A DNA stretch of 64,000 nucleotides from Patellaria atrata CBS 101060 (lineage: Eukaryota): contig MU006106.1 in NCBI GenBank assembly GCA_010093705.1, positions 461,086 to 525,085 of the forward strand. Reading direction: 5' to 3'. A program made the position numbers and the translations under genes. The notes under the pieces were generated by a model. That model was not told the DNA's origin and searched no databases. It saw nothing but the letters and a program-made list of their open reading frames with translations. Positions 11,560 through 22,400 of the stretch are shown here, in pieces (position 1 is the first letter of the stretch; every line of letters starts with the position of its first letter).

Positions 11560-14500
11560 TCAAATAACAAGCCACCTCTCCGTTACCTCCCTCGCCTTAC
11601 CGTAAGCCCCAGAGACACCATAGAGAATCTGTAGCGCGAAAGCCGCATCGGGTGCGAAATCCTCGATAGGGTCATCCTCGTCGTTATCTTCTTCGCTTTG
11701 CCAGACACGGTCTTCCGGAGGCTCGTTATCACGTTCCTCCCCGGTCGCCTCTGTATCCCCGTTCCGATTATGCGCTTCCCCCTCGACCTCCATCCTCTCT
11801 CCGCTTTGACTTTCCTCCCTCTCCCGGAGTCTCCTCTCCTCTTCTTCCTCTCTCCTTTCTCTTGCTTCCTCTCTTTCTCGTTTCCTCTCCTCCCGCCGAA
11901 GCTTCCTCTTCTCCTCCACCTTTACCCTCCCCTCTTCCTGCACTTTCCCACTCAACTCAAACACCCTCTCATAAGCCTGAATAGCCAACTCGCCCAACCC
12001 AAGCAAATGCCATGTCCTCGCCATATTGAACTCGGCCTCCTGCAACAGCACGGCGCCCTTTTCACCCGCCTCTCTTGACCTGATATCGTAATACTTCTGC
12101 AAAAATGCGATGCCCTGCTGCAGTTGATACTGTCTATTCTCGCTGTGTCTCTTCATGCCATGCTGAATATACGCCGACGCGATGCAAAGATTAACCACCG
12201 CATCCTCCGGCACCATAGTGTACGCGCGGAAATAGTAGTTCAGCGAATTCATGTGGTTGCCCCCGGACAGCAGCACATGCGCGTACGCAACCAAGACCGC
12301 CGGATCGAGTTCCTCAAGACGATGGGGATTCCCGTCGCCCTGGCCGGCACCGGTGTAGCTGCTCAACTCGACGGTGGACCACTGGTAGAGATCGCGCTGT
12401 TCGGGGGTCAGGAGGGCGTAATCCATCGCTTTAACTTGTCTGAGAATGAACTTCTGCGTGGGGCCGGAGTTGTACCAGTTCGGTCTTCCGACGAACACTT
12501 TGTTTGAGAGGGAGAAGTTGCGGAAGACGTCGCTGGCGTAGGGGTGGGCGCGGATGAACCACCTCGCCTCGGCGCAGATGCGCTCTTCGTCGTTTAAGAG
12601 GAGTGCGCAGGCGAAGGCGGCGACGTGAGAGCGGTATACCCGTTCGTCATACTGCCAGAAGACATTAGCGAAGGAAATTACGTCGAAAATGCGCCAGACG
12701 CGCAGAGGCTGGTCGAAGCGTGCGTGTAGGAGCGCAGCGCGACAGTGAAGGTCGAGCCAGTCGTCGAAGGAGATCTTGCGGTAGGAGGATGGCATGTCTG
12801 TGGATCCGACCTTGCGCTTTTTGATTTGGGACTTTTCGGGGGGTAGGTCGAGTCCTTCGCGCATCCACTGCTCGGTTTCGGGAAAGAAGGCTCTAACGCC
12901 ACGGAAGTCTTTCATCAGGAAGCTCGCTTTTTCTAGGTATTCGGTCATGGCGGCCTGGTCTTGGCCGTCGACTGCTGGTTCAAGTTCCTTTAGACGCTCG
13001 TGTGCAGCTCGCATGGCAACCTCGTTCAGGTGAGCTTTTTCGATCCGCTCTGCATCTTGCTGAGCAATTCTCCTTATAATCTTAGAACGAGCACGGATCC
13101 CTGTGTCGTCACCGTTCGTAGGCTTTTTTCTTCTTCTCGCACTATTGGGATTGGAGCTCGTCGTTACCCTGATCTTACCGGGACCCCGTCCCGACTCTTC
13201 TGCAGCAGCATTTAACTTCTTCATAGAAAGTTTAGATTTTCTCAGAAGATCTCGTCTTCCCAATATCTCAATCTCTCTGATGAGATCATAAGCTTCCCCA
13301 AGCATGCCCCTTCCCTCGAAGATCACGGCTAGTTTAAGTCGCGCTTCGGCGTTATTGGGATCTAGGTTCAGGACATGCTTAATGCATGCTTCCGACTCTG
13401 TTATGCGATCCAGATCTTTATAGCAGTCTGCAAGAGCAAGATAGTATGCAATATCAGTAGGAGGGCGTATCTGGCGTATCGGCTCGTAGTAGTAGAGTGC
13501 CTCACTGGAAAGTTTCGCCTCGCGAAGAGCATCGCCTACTTCGCCAAAGAGATCATCGTAACTTTGAGCTTTGCTAGTATAGCTATCATCTTCAGGATTG
13601 AGATGCCCGAAGTGGTACTATAAACTGGTAAGACGATTGAATATGTAGAGATGAAGGGGGGCTTACCAAAGCTTCCGATAGATGAACGAATTTACGTTTC
13701 AGACGAAACATGCCAAGTTTGATTCGTAATTCCATCGGTAATCCTAGACCATATGACTCCGACGGATACTTACCTGGTATAAAGTTGGCATTATTCACTC
13801 TACGTGGCTCATCCAAAAGATCCCATTCACTATCGTCAGGTTGGTAATCCCAATATGTTTCCTCTTCACGTCCAAGGAGCCATCTACCCAGTTTCTTTAG
13901 CATCTGTGTCCCCTTTTCACCTTGTTTAGAACGATCCAGAAGGTCCAGGTAGACATTCAGGGATGACCAGCTGAATGGATTGTCTGGTGTATATTTCTCT
14001 CTAGTGTATAGTTGGATTGCGTCTTCGTAATAGACAAGAGCGTTCGGTATATCATCCAGATGGCAACTCAGGTCTGCTAGATCGCGTAAGAACTCAAGAT
14101 CGTTAGGTTGTCGTTTCAATAATTTTAAGCACTCTGTACGAGCAATATGGTGCTGTCCAAGTTCAATATGAACTCTCATCTTACGAGCCCTAGCTTCAAT
14201 GTCCTCCGGTGTTATGGACAATAACTGTGCGTAGCAAAATTTAGCTTGTTCTAAGACCTCTTTATCATCTACATCCTGAAGCAACAATGTCCGTTCTGCG
14301 CAATCATGCCACAGAACCTCATCTTTCTTGCTTAATGCACCCATGATCATCGCCGCAACAGAATCTTGCTCTTTCCCTTGTACCCTGTACATATCCGCCA
14401 ACAGAGCATGCGCCTGAAAGTATCTCGGGTCATGTTGAATAGCAAGAGAAGCGTATTCGACTGCTAGTTCATGGTCGTCATCCTCCCGCGCAGCGACAGC

Positions 14501-15226
14501 CAACCCATAGAGCCGTATACTCTCTTCGTCTCGAATCTCATCTGGAGCTCGCTTTCGTTTCTTTGCCCGAAGTCCGGAACCGTGAGGTCTAAAGGCCTCT
14601 GGATCTCCTGAGTCTTCCGGTGGACGGAAGGAGGGTCCTCTTCTGCCACGACCACGAAATCTAAGGCTCCCACGTCTACCTGGGTTCAGTCCATCTTTTG
14701 TAAATACAATCTCCTTCCAAGGATCTGTATTATCTTCAGACGTCTGGGTAGGGAATGGAGCTGATTCTGTTGTGGGTTGAGGATCTACTCGGAATGTGGT
14801 CATAAGATGACCCTTTAATACAGAAGGAAGAGCTTCGATGTCTTCCTCTTCATTCTCATCTTCATCAATGAGGAGATTTGCATTATTGCCCTTGTTCCTA
14901 AGTGCTTCTTGGAATCTAGCCTCAAATGAATCATCTTCGTCGTTCTCCTCACTTTCCTCATTCTCTTCATATTCCTCGCTAGAGGTATCATAATCTTCAA
15001 TTAACTCTTCTGCATCGTAAGGCACGTAATTATCGGGCGTAGGGTTTTCCGACGCGTCCCCATATCCTTTGGTTGATGCATATCCATAGAGATCAGTAGA
15101 GCCGGGCGGAAGATTGGCGCTATAATTTGAGGATCTACCATCAGCATGTAAACCGATAGAATATAGTGATGAGTGTTGTCGGAAAGAAGTCAAGTAATCA
15201 TAGCTGCCAGAGTTCGAGGGATCCAT
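11560..15226 (-). CDS. TFC4: TFIIIC TPR subunit (Tfc4/tau131), two large exons split near 13600-13666
   Basis: Acidic N-terminus, TPR repeats, GLPMELRIKLG, YYFRAY, RHSENRQYQLQQG, QEAEFNMARTWHLLGL, C-terminal WLVI. Confidence 0.9.
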
Positions 15227-15970
15227 CTTAGTTCGTTTCAGTCCCCAGCAAGAGCTTCTGATATGGGCTTGTCCGGCTGGTTAGCATCCATTGAGTAGAA
15301 GGACAGGTAAGTCCAATACGGCAAGATCCCGTGGTTATGCCGGGATCAATAAACTTTTTGATGTTTACTGTGAAGTATCACACGAGATAAGAAGACGGGG
15401 ATATCACATTGAGAAGAAAAACCATGTAAACGTGGATATTATGTAAGCGCACTACTCACCACCGGTGCACCACGACCTCAACTTATTATCTCTACCTCCA
15501 CAAATTATTCCCAGTACGGGTACACACGCTTTTCTAGAGCAGAATTCTTTTCACCTCAAAGAAACTATCTCAAATGCTATTATAAATGCGTCTCTCACCC
15601 TCTATATAACTGAGAAGAAGCTGATACCGCTGCTTCACTCAATACCGTGCACAGGGGTTTAGGATCTCTTTTTAGCCATGAATCTAAGAGGACCTCGTCG
15701 ATCTTGACGCTTGTAAATGCTAGGTTAAAGATTTCAAGTTCAGTATGATATGTAGTGAGATTATCAAGAACTTCCTTCCAAGACCCATATCTGTGTACGC
15801 GTCAATCGCACTTCCCCTTTCTCATGCATTCAATAGAACTAGTCAATCGCAAGCACATTCTACAATATGAGACACAAATATTACAGTCATCATCTTTTCT
15901 CTAGCTACAGTTTCTGATATCGGTCTTCAATTTTACATAATCGTCTTTGGCAGCATTAGTATTGGCCATA

Positions 15971-16533
15971 ATGAAGTTTCAAGTCCCCCATTTCACTTTC
16001 GCAAGCATATCTTCTGTAGCGTCACTCTCGTTACGTTCCCTTCAGCATCAAATACCTCTTTTGAGACATAAACATATTCAAGAACCCGAGCAACCCGTTG
16101 TCACAGTTGCTTTCGACATAGGCCACAATGAGATTATCCATGTTAGAATGCCTCTACATAAGAAAATATCTTTCGGTTTGTCTCGCTATCTACCGATTAT
16201 ATACAAGAAGCTAAATTCTAATCAGAGAGTCTACCGCATGTCCCAAACGCACCAAAACGTGCGAGCATCTTCCCCGTTGACCCCCAGCTAGGAGTTGAGG
16301 GGGAACACGACGAGAAAGCTCGGATCGATCGCCTGGAAAAGATCGTTTGTACGGTCTATCCCATAATTAGCCCCTCAGAGCGTTGGATCAAGGGCGAAGC
16401 TGGGATACTAATGGATGGTAATGAACAGTACTCGATGTGGTTCATGCTTAACGACGGCTGGGTGGACTTTAGGGAACCGCATATGAGATGGTTTCTCGCT
16501 GGCCGAGAGCTTGACAGCATAGAGTGCGTTTGA
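15971..16533 (+). CDS. Hypothetical 170-aa protein with a possible weak signal peptide; exons 15971-16175 and 16226-16533
   Basis: Removing a 50-nt intron (GTTTGT..GCTAAATTCTAATCAG) joins the MKFQVPHF.. frame to a stop-free ~102-codon exon ending WFLAGRELDSIECV*. Confidence 0.7.
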
Positions 16534-17013
16534 ACTTGGTCTCAGCAGGAGTGGTGGTCCTATGGGTTCTTGAGTTCGTGGTTACCGTTCTTCATTCGAT
16601 TCTATGGTGCTCGGGCGTGTATTATGAAGCGTTTAGCAAATAGGACTTTGGAGCTTTGGATAATCCTGCTTAACAGCAAGTGTGATCGTTATTGCTAGGA
16701 CTACACGAAAGAAACAATACATCTAATTCGCTAAGCCGACAATACAAAAAGGTATCTGTAGGAAGAGATCGTATAACAATCTTACGAGCCCTCGTAACTA
16801 GTGTTGAGAATTGTCTCATCGAGTGATCTCCTCCAGACAACCCGACGAGGTTGGGGCGGTTTGATTAACTGATCTGCTTGCAGCAAAACAACTGCAAGTT
16901 TCCTTTCAAGTTCCCCGATAAATGTTTGGTAACGTTCCTTTCCCAGGGTACCTCTATCGACCGCAATGTAGTCGATCCCAACGCCGAAAAATGCAATCAG
17001 TCAAAACTCCTGC

Positions 17014-17712
17014 TTAGACATTATCTTCTTCTCGTTCTCCCATGCTCACCATCTCATATTCACCAGCACCGTCTCTACCCCTTCCTCTTCCTCTTCCCCT
17101 CCCATACCCAACACCATCTGCATCTCCATTCTCCGCATTCTCCTTTGAACCTCCAGCTTTGCGACTGGTTCCTCCACCTCCGCCAAAATTGATGGGCCGC
17201 AACTCCCTATACTGGCAGATCCATATTCCGAGACTCGTCATCAGCACGGCGCTGGCAACCTGTAATGCCCACCAGAACCAATAAGTCGGGATCGAGTGCG
17301 AGTATAGGGACGTCACAACGAGGTGAATGAAGTGAATCGTGATCGCGAAATCTGGCACCAACTTCGAGCGCGCAATAAGGAGTAAAATAAAAATAACACT
17401 AGCATTCTATTAACTCCTGTCCAGATCATCAATCCACAGGTAAGACGCCTAAAGAACGACATACCTAATAAACGCATTCAACATCCAAATCAAGCCGAGC
17501 ATCCAGCCCACCGTGATGTCCCCTCGGAGACTCCTCCAGCTGAACAGCAGGTCCAGGCCGACTTCTTTCCCCGCTACTAGCGCCGTGAATATAATCAAAA
17601 GCCCCGCGCAGATATAGTATAGGACCTGCAGAGCGATGATCTGAGTGAGGATGCGCAAGGGTGCGAGGTCCGCAAGGGCACCGGGCCGGGGGGGATGGCG
17701 GCGGCGTGCCAT
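17014..17712 (-). CDS. SYS1: Golgi integral membrane protein Sys1 (one intron ~17398-17463)
   Basis: PLRILTQIIALQVLYY, SKLVPDFAITIHFIHL, WWALQ, ICQYRELRPI. Confidence 0.9.
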
Positions 17713-18115
17713 CCCTTGAGCGGTGGCGAGAGGCTATGAGGGGGGCATTAATAGATTGGAGGGAATTTTCGAATAGGTTGGCAAGGTTGATAGAGATGTT
17801 CTGGGCGTCGTTATGGGTTTGAAGCATACGAAAGGAAGGGAGAGTTTCCGGGCGGAACATCCTCGGCTGAACTTTGCTGCACGTCACGGTTTACACAAAG
17901 TTTGGAGATGAATGCTAGATCCTAAGGTATGTTCATTTCTCCGGTGTACGAAACACTTGAGGTAAGTATAATCGCAGAATTCATTGTGTTCTTTGACATG
18001 CTAACGGAAATCCGTAGCTCCTCTTTTCATGAGAAAGGCCTCTTATACATCAGCATCATCGATATCAAATACACATCGCCGAACAACTCCTTCAAAGCAA
18101 GCAAACCACGCCGCA

Positions 18116-18660
18116 ATGGTCTCTTGGAACCCTTCGAATTGGTTCGGTACCTCATCTCCGCCAACTCCTGGTGCTGCTAAAACTGCAGATGGAGCATACG
18201 AAGCTCCAGACCGGAACAAGAGACAAGAGTGCTGGGACGCAAGAGACGGCTTCTTCGCCTGTCTAGACAAGGCGGGAATCATCGATAGTATTAAAGATAA
18301 AGATGCTGCGATGCTGAAATGTGGCGCACAATTGAAGGCATTCGAGGCGAACTGTGCCAGCAGTTGGGTAAGTGGAAATTTCTTTCCTGGAAGATTATGT
18401 AGGGGAAACGGTAAGTGGGTATAACAACCGCAATCGTAAAGTGTGACAGGGAACTGTATCGTGATAAGATATTACAATTGCAGACGACCAGCTCCGTTTG
18501 AATTACCGGGATTTTTGGCTGACGCGAGCGCCCATAGGTCACATATTTCAAAAAGCGCCGAGTAGTCGAACTCGAAAAAGAGTTGGCACTCCAACGGTTG
18601 GAGAAAGAAGGCGCGGATTTACCTGCGGATATACAGGCAAGGAGACCAAAAGCAAGTTGA
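18116..18660 (+). CDS. COA6: Cytochrome c oxidase assembly factor Coa6 (COX6B-like); exons 18116-18367 and 18538-18660; probable 5'-UTR intron 17927-18017
   Basis: APDRNKRQECWDARDGFFACLD...C...FEANCASSW|VTYFKKRR CX9C-CX10C pattern. Confidence 0.88.
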
Positions 18661-19788
18661 TAGGGTGCTTGACCCGAACTGTAGGATATGTATATATTTG
18701 TGTTATTGCATGGGGTGGCGTTTTTGAGCTCCTACGTCTCCTCTCGACGGTTTTGATATTAAAGTTCTGACACATTCATCATGATTTTCATGCACTGACT
18801 CGACTGATTCACATCGTTCTTTTTATGTTCACATTCCAGTTCGGCATTAGTGATGCTTGAGGCTGTGGTGACAAGAAAACCCCCGTTGATTGAGCTCCAC
18901 TTAAGTAATCGCAGACATCAGATCTCATCGATATATGATCACATTAACTGTGAACACCGAACGGGGAAGTCTGTATCTTTCCGTTTCACATGGGTCTGTG
19001 CCGTCATATCCTCGGTCATAGTCGGCATTATCCGGTACTTTCCGTCTGCCGATTCTCAGTCACATCGGCTTTCTTTGGGGTCGAAACCACTTCATTGTCT
19101 AGACCCTTACCGGAGATGTTCGGATGCGTAAGGATTAGAGAGCTAGAATGCCGTAATCCGTTAGAATGGTCAGATATGCCACATTTTCCGAAAGGTTGGC
19201 AAGAGAGAAGCTTAGGGCAAGCAGCCGACAACTACGGTACTAGAGTCTAGTTTGAAAATGTATGTTTATATTTCAGACCTAGTGGTTCTATGTTATTTCT
19301 ATTAATTGTAAATAGCCATCCAAAGTGATCTGGCCCTTGTTTGCATATGCATCAGCTGCGTAACATGTCCCTCTTTCTGCCAGAAAGGTTCATATAAAAA
19401 AATGCGGATAGACCCAGCTCCGCGGGAAAAGGCAAGATATGCTTGTACGGGAAAGGGCCGGGAAAGGGGGGTGGTTACGGTATCGAGATTTTGCCGTCCA
19501 GGGTGTTGTCGATCATGACCAGCACAGGCATATTTGACGTGCGACCCTGCATCATTTCGTCCACTTCAGCCACTTTTTGCCAAAGGGGGCAAACCACAAT
19601 CAGAGATCTACGCAAAAATGGTTTCCTCCTTGGGAGAAGATCACTATGCTGTATATTAAATGTTGTTGACTGATTTTCGACCGACCACGTGCTATCCCGG
19701 CGCAGCGGATTCTAGGGTCCTGTCGTCTTGTGAATACGTGTAGATCCCAGTCGCATGATCAAAAAGGAGAAATTTTCGTTAAAGCTGA

Positions 19789-20727
19789 TCACCGGTATGA
19801 TGTCTTGAATACATTCGAAGGATCGAATTCTTCTTGGAATATCTCAAGTTCCGATTGACTTGGTCGTGAAGTGGTCGGCGAAGACTGGTGGCTCTCAATG
19901 GCGAAAACTACGTTCGAGAACGCTCCCACGAACTCCGCCTCTGAAAATAATAGCATCCTCCACATCCCAGCTACTTCTCGGACAGGGTTCCGAAAGACTG
20001 GTCCAAGCCCAAAAGCACCCAGGCACAAGTCTTTGTGTCCATATGCCGCAGCAATTCGCAGTACTGTACGCATCTTCTCCAACATGAGCTCTCTCTCCTG
20101 TGCAAAGGAATACTTCGTGCCGGTCTCGTCCAATTTAGGTCGCCGTACTGGAGCGACAGAAATGACTGGTAAGGATTTGAATTCGCGCCACACTTCATAC
20201 TGCTCAGGTCCGTCTCTGAACACCACTATACTTAACTTAGTACCTGGGAGTGTGGCCACGAGGATATACTTACCAATAGAAGGAGAATATATCCCTCCTC
20301 TTTGAGGTAATGGGTAGTGAGAGGGCGCTGGTGTTGGATGGGGATTCCAGGGGGAGAGTAAAGAGTGAACAAGGTTGCTCCTCCTGGCAAAACATTCTTC
20401 TGGGGCTATGAGACCGGACTCCCAATCCCCCCCTGCTCGCTTCTCGTTTGCCATGTTCACAACTGGGATTTGCGAAAGCGGTTGGGAACTGCCATTCTGT
20501 GAAGTGTACTGATACCAATCCAGTGCAACATCTACGGGATCGCCATCTATCACAGCTACACGAAGTCTTTCGTTGCTCTTAGTTTCTTGATTGACATGAA
20601 GTCCCGCAATGTCCCCAATCAGTATCGAATGGACTGGGTATTGAGGCATAGTTTGACTTATATAGGGTATATAAGTCTTTTTCGCTTCTGCAGCAATCTC
20701 GGAGGGTTTAGGCTTCGACGGGGGCAT
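19789..20727 (-). CDS. Microbial-type PARG-like macrodomain protein (DUF2263/TIGR02452); 48-nt intron 20226-20273; start may lie further upstream
   Basis: VVNMANEKRAGGDWESGLIAPEECFARRS, GGIYSP, LPVISVA, LCLGAFGLG.VFRNP, VVFAI motifs. Confidence 0.82.
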   Translation of the reverse strand: MPPSKPKPSEIAAEAKKTYIPYISQTMPQYPVHSILIGDIAGLHVNQETKSNERLRVAVIDGDPVDVALDWYQYTSQNGSSQPLSQIPVVNMANEKRAGGDWESGLIAPEECFARRSNLVHSLLSPWNPHPTPAPSHYPLPQRGGIYSPSIGKYILVATLPGTKLSIVVFRDGPEQYEVWREFKSLPVISVAPVRRPKLDETGTKYSFAQERELMLEKMRTVLRIAAAYGHKDLCLGAFGLGPVFRNPVREVAGMWRMLLFSEAEFVGAFSNVVFAIESHQSSPTTSRPSQSELEIFQEEFDPSNVFKTSYR

Positions 20728-22400
20728 AATGATAGACCAGATTATTGAGAACTGGAAAGAGGTTTGAAAGCTAAAAATGAAGAGAATCTTTACGGAAGGG
20801 GAAGAGCTTGAGATTGTATAGATCTTCGAAGAATGATACGGACGCAGAACTAGGGGACTAGAGGAGAGTCTTAAATGTATTGGGAAAGGAAAATAGATGA
20901 GTGCATGGAGTGAAACAAACATATTATCACTAATAATAAGTTTCTTGTCTTTCGGACTTGACTTTTGAACGCTGACTTTCGCGTGGCCGGGACCCGGCCA
21001 AGGCAACACAGGCAAATAGGATTGCAGGGTGGGATATATGTCGTTCTGAGAGAACAAGCCTGGCGAATACTTAAGCTTAGATTCCTCGATGTGCGGGTAA
21101 TGGCGCTCGATGGCGTACTTAGAACGAATCTCGATACTGCAGAACCTGGTTCAATGCACGTTTATCTCCCAAATCCTGACGCAGATCGATCTAGTATCAC
21201 GCCTCTTGCTACTAACAAACGTACTTGTCGCAAACGTACCTCCTGTTGTAGCAGATGTGCTCACACGCTCAGTAACGGATCTCGTTGCCAAGATCAACAC
21301 CTTTCCAAACGGGACGCACCCAGAAGTAACACAGCGCGTCCCATGCCAGTGGGTTGTAATGATCGTCATGCCGGCAATGGAGAAGTAGGCTAGTAGTCTA
21401 GGGTTTGGAGGAGGGGTCCACACCGACACCAGCCGGGCGGGTCAGTAGCCTGATATCTAAACAAGCAGCTGAAGATGAATGAGGGCATGACGAACTCATG
21501 GGAGTTGGCTCCGCAGGATTGGTCTACGAGAGAACGAGCGTGGCGATCGACAAAGAGCTTCTTGATAGATGAGATGACATGAATAAGGTATTACCTTTTG
21601 CCATGCACGGACTGAATTAGTGTCCGGGCAGAAGCCCTTTCCAAACCAGCCACAGTCAGCGTGAGATCTTGAAAGATCTTGAAACGTATCCTGTAGTGCC
21701 TGTACACCTATCCCGCGTCCGTGACATCTAGAAGTCTAGAATCAACGGACCCACAAAGGTGTTCACGCTCGATGGTGTAGCCTATTGAGCGGAGACATGA
21801 CCTTGGAAGGCGAGAGTACTCAAGGAAATCTTGAAGATGAAGTCAGCTAAGAACGGAAAAGGAAGGATTCTCGCGCTACAAAAAAGAAAGTGACTGGAGC
21901 AGTGGGAAAAAAGAATCATGCAGGGTGAGCTTAGCAACCGATTATTGTGTACGTGTACCTTACAGATTGCTGTACAAGGTCACAAGGATCAATTGATGGG
22001 GACCGAGATCCGATTAAAGAAGACGGGAAGCAAGTGTTCCGTACAATCTGCAGTGATGTGCAGTGGCAGAGGGAAAAGCAGCTGTAGAAAACTCTCTTTC
22101 TGTACCATCGACTTTGCTGCAGACGGATGTGGTTGGTACAGAAAAATGCAGCTGCGGGAATTGAAGCGAGTTTTGGAATTTCAGCATGTGGCGAGTCATG
22201 GAGCACTTACGCCCACCAGGCCCGTCGTCGTTCACTAGTTTCAGCCAAGCTGGCCTCAGCTCCCACCTCAAAAGCTATTTTCAACTTGCCCTACGAACTT
22301 CCGTCGATCGGTAGGGGAACAAACAATTCACTCTGAACATACTCATCCCGCAGCTCCCACATCCCTCCCGCTATCATCCCTTCATCTGCTTTACCAAGCA

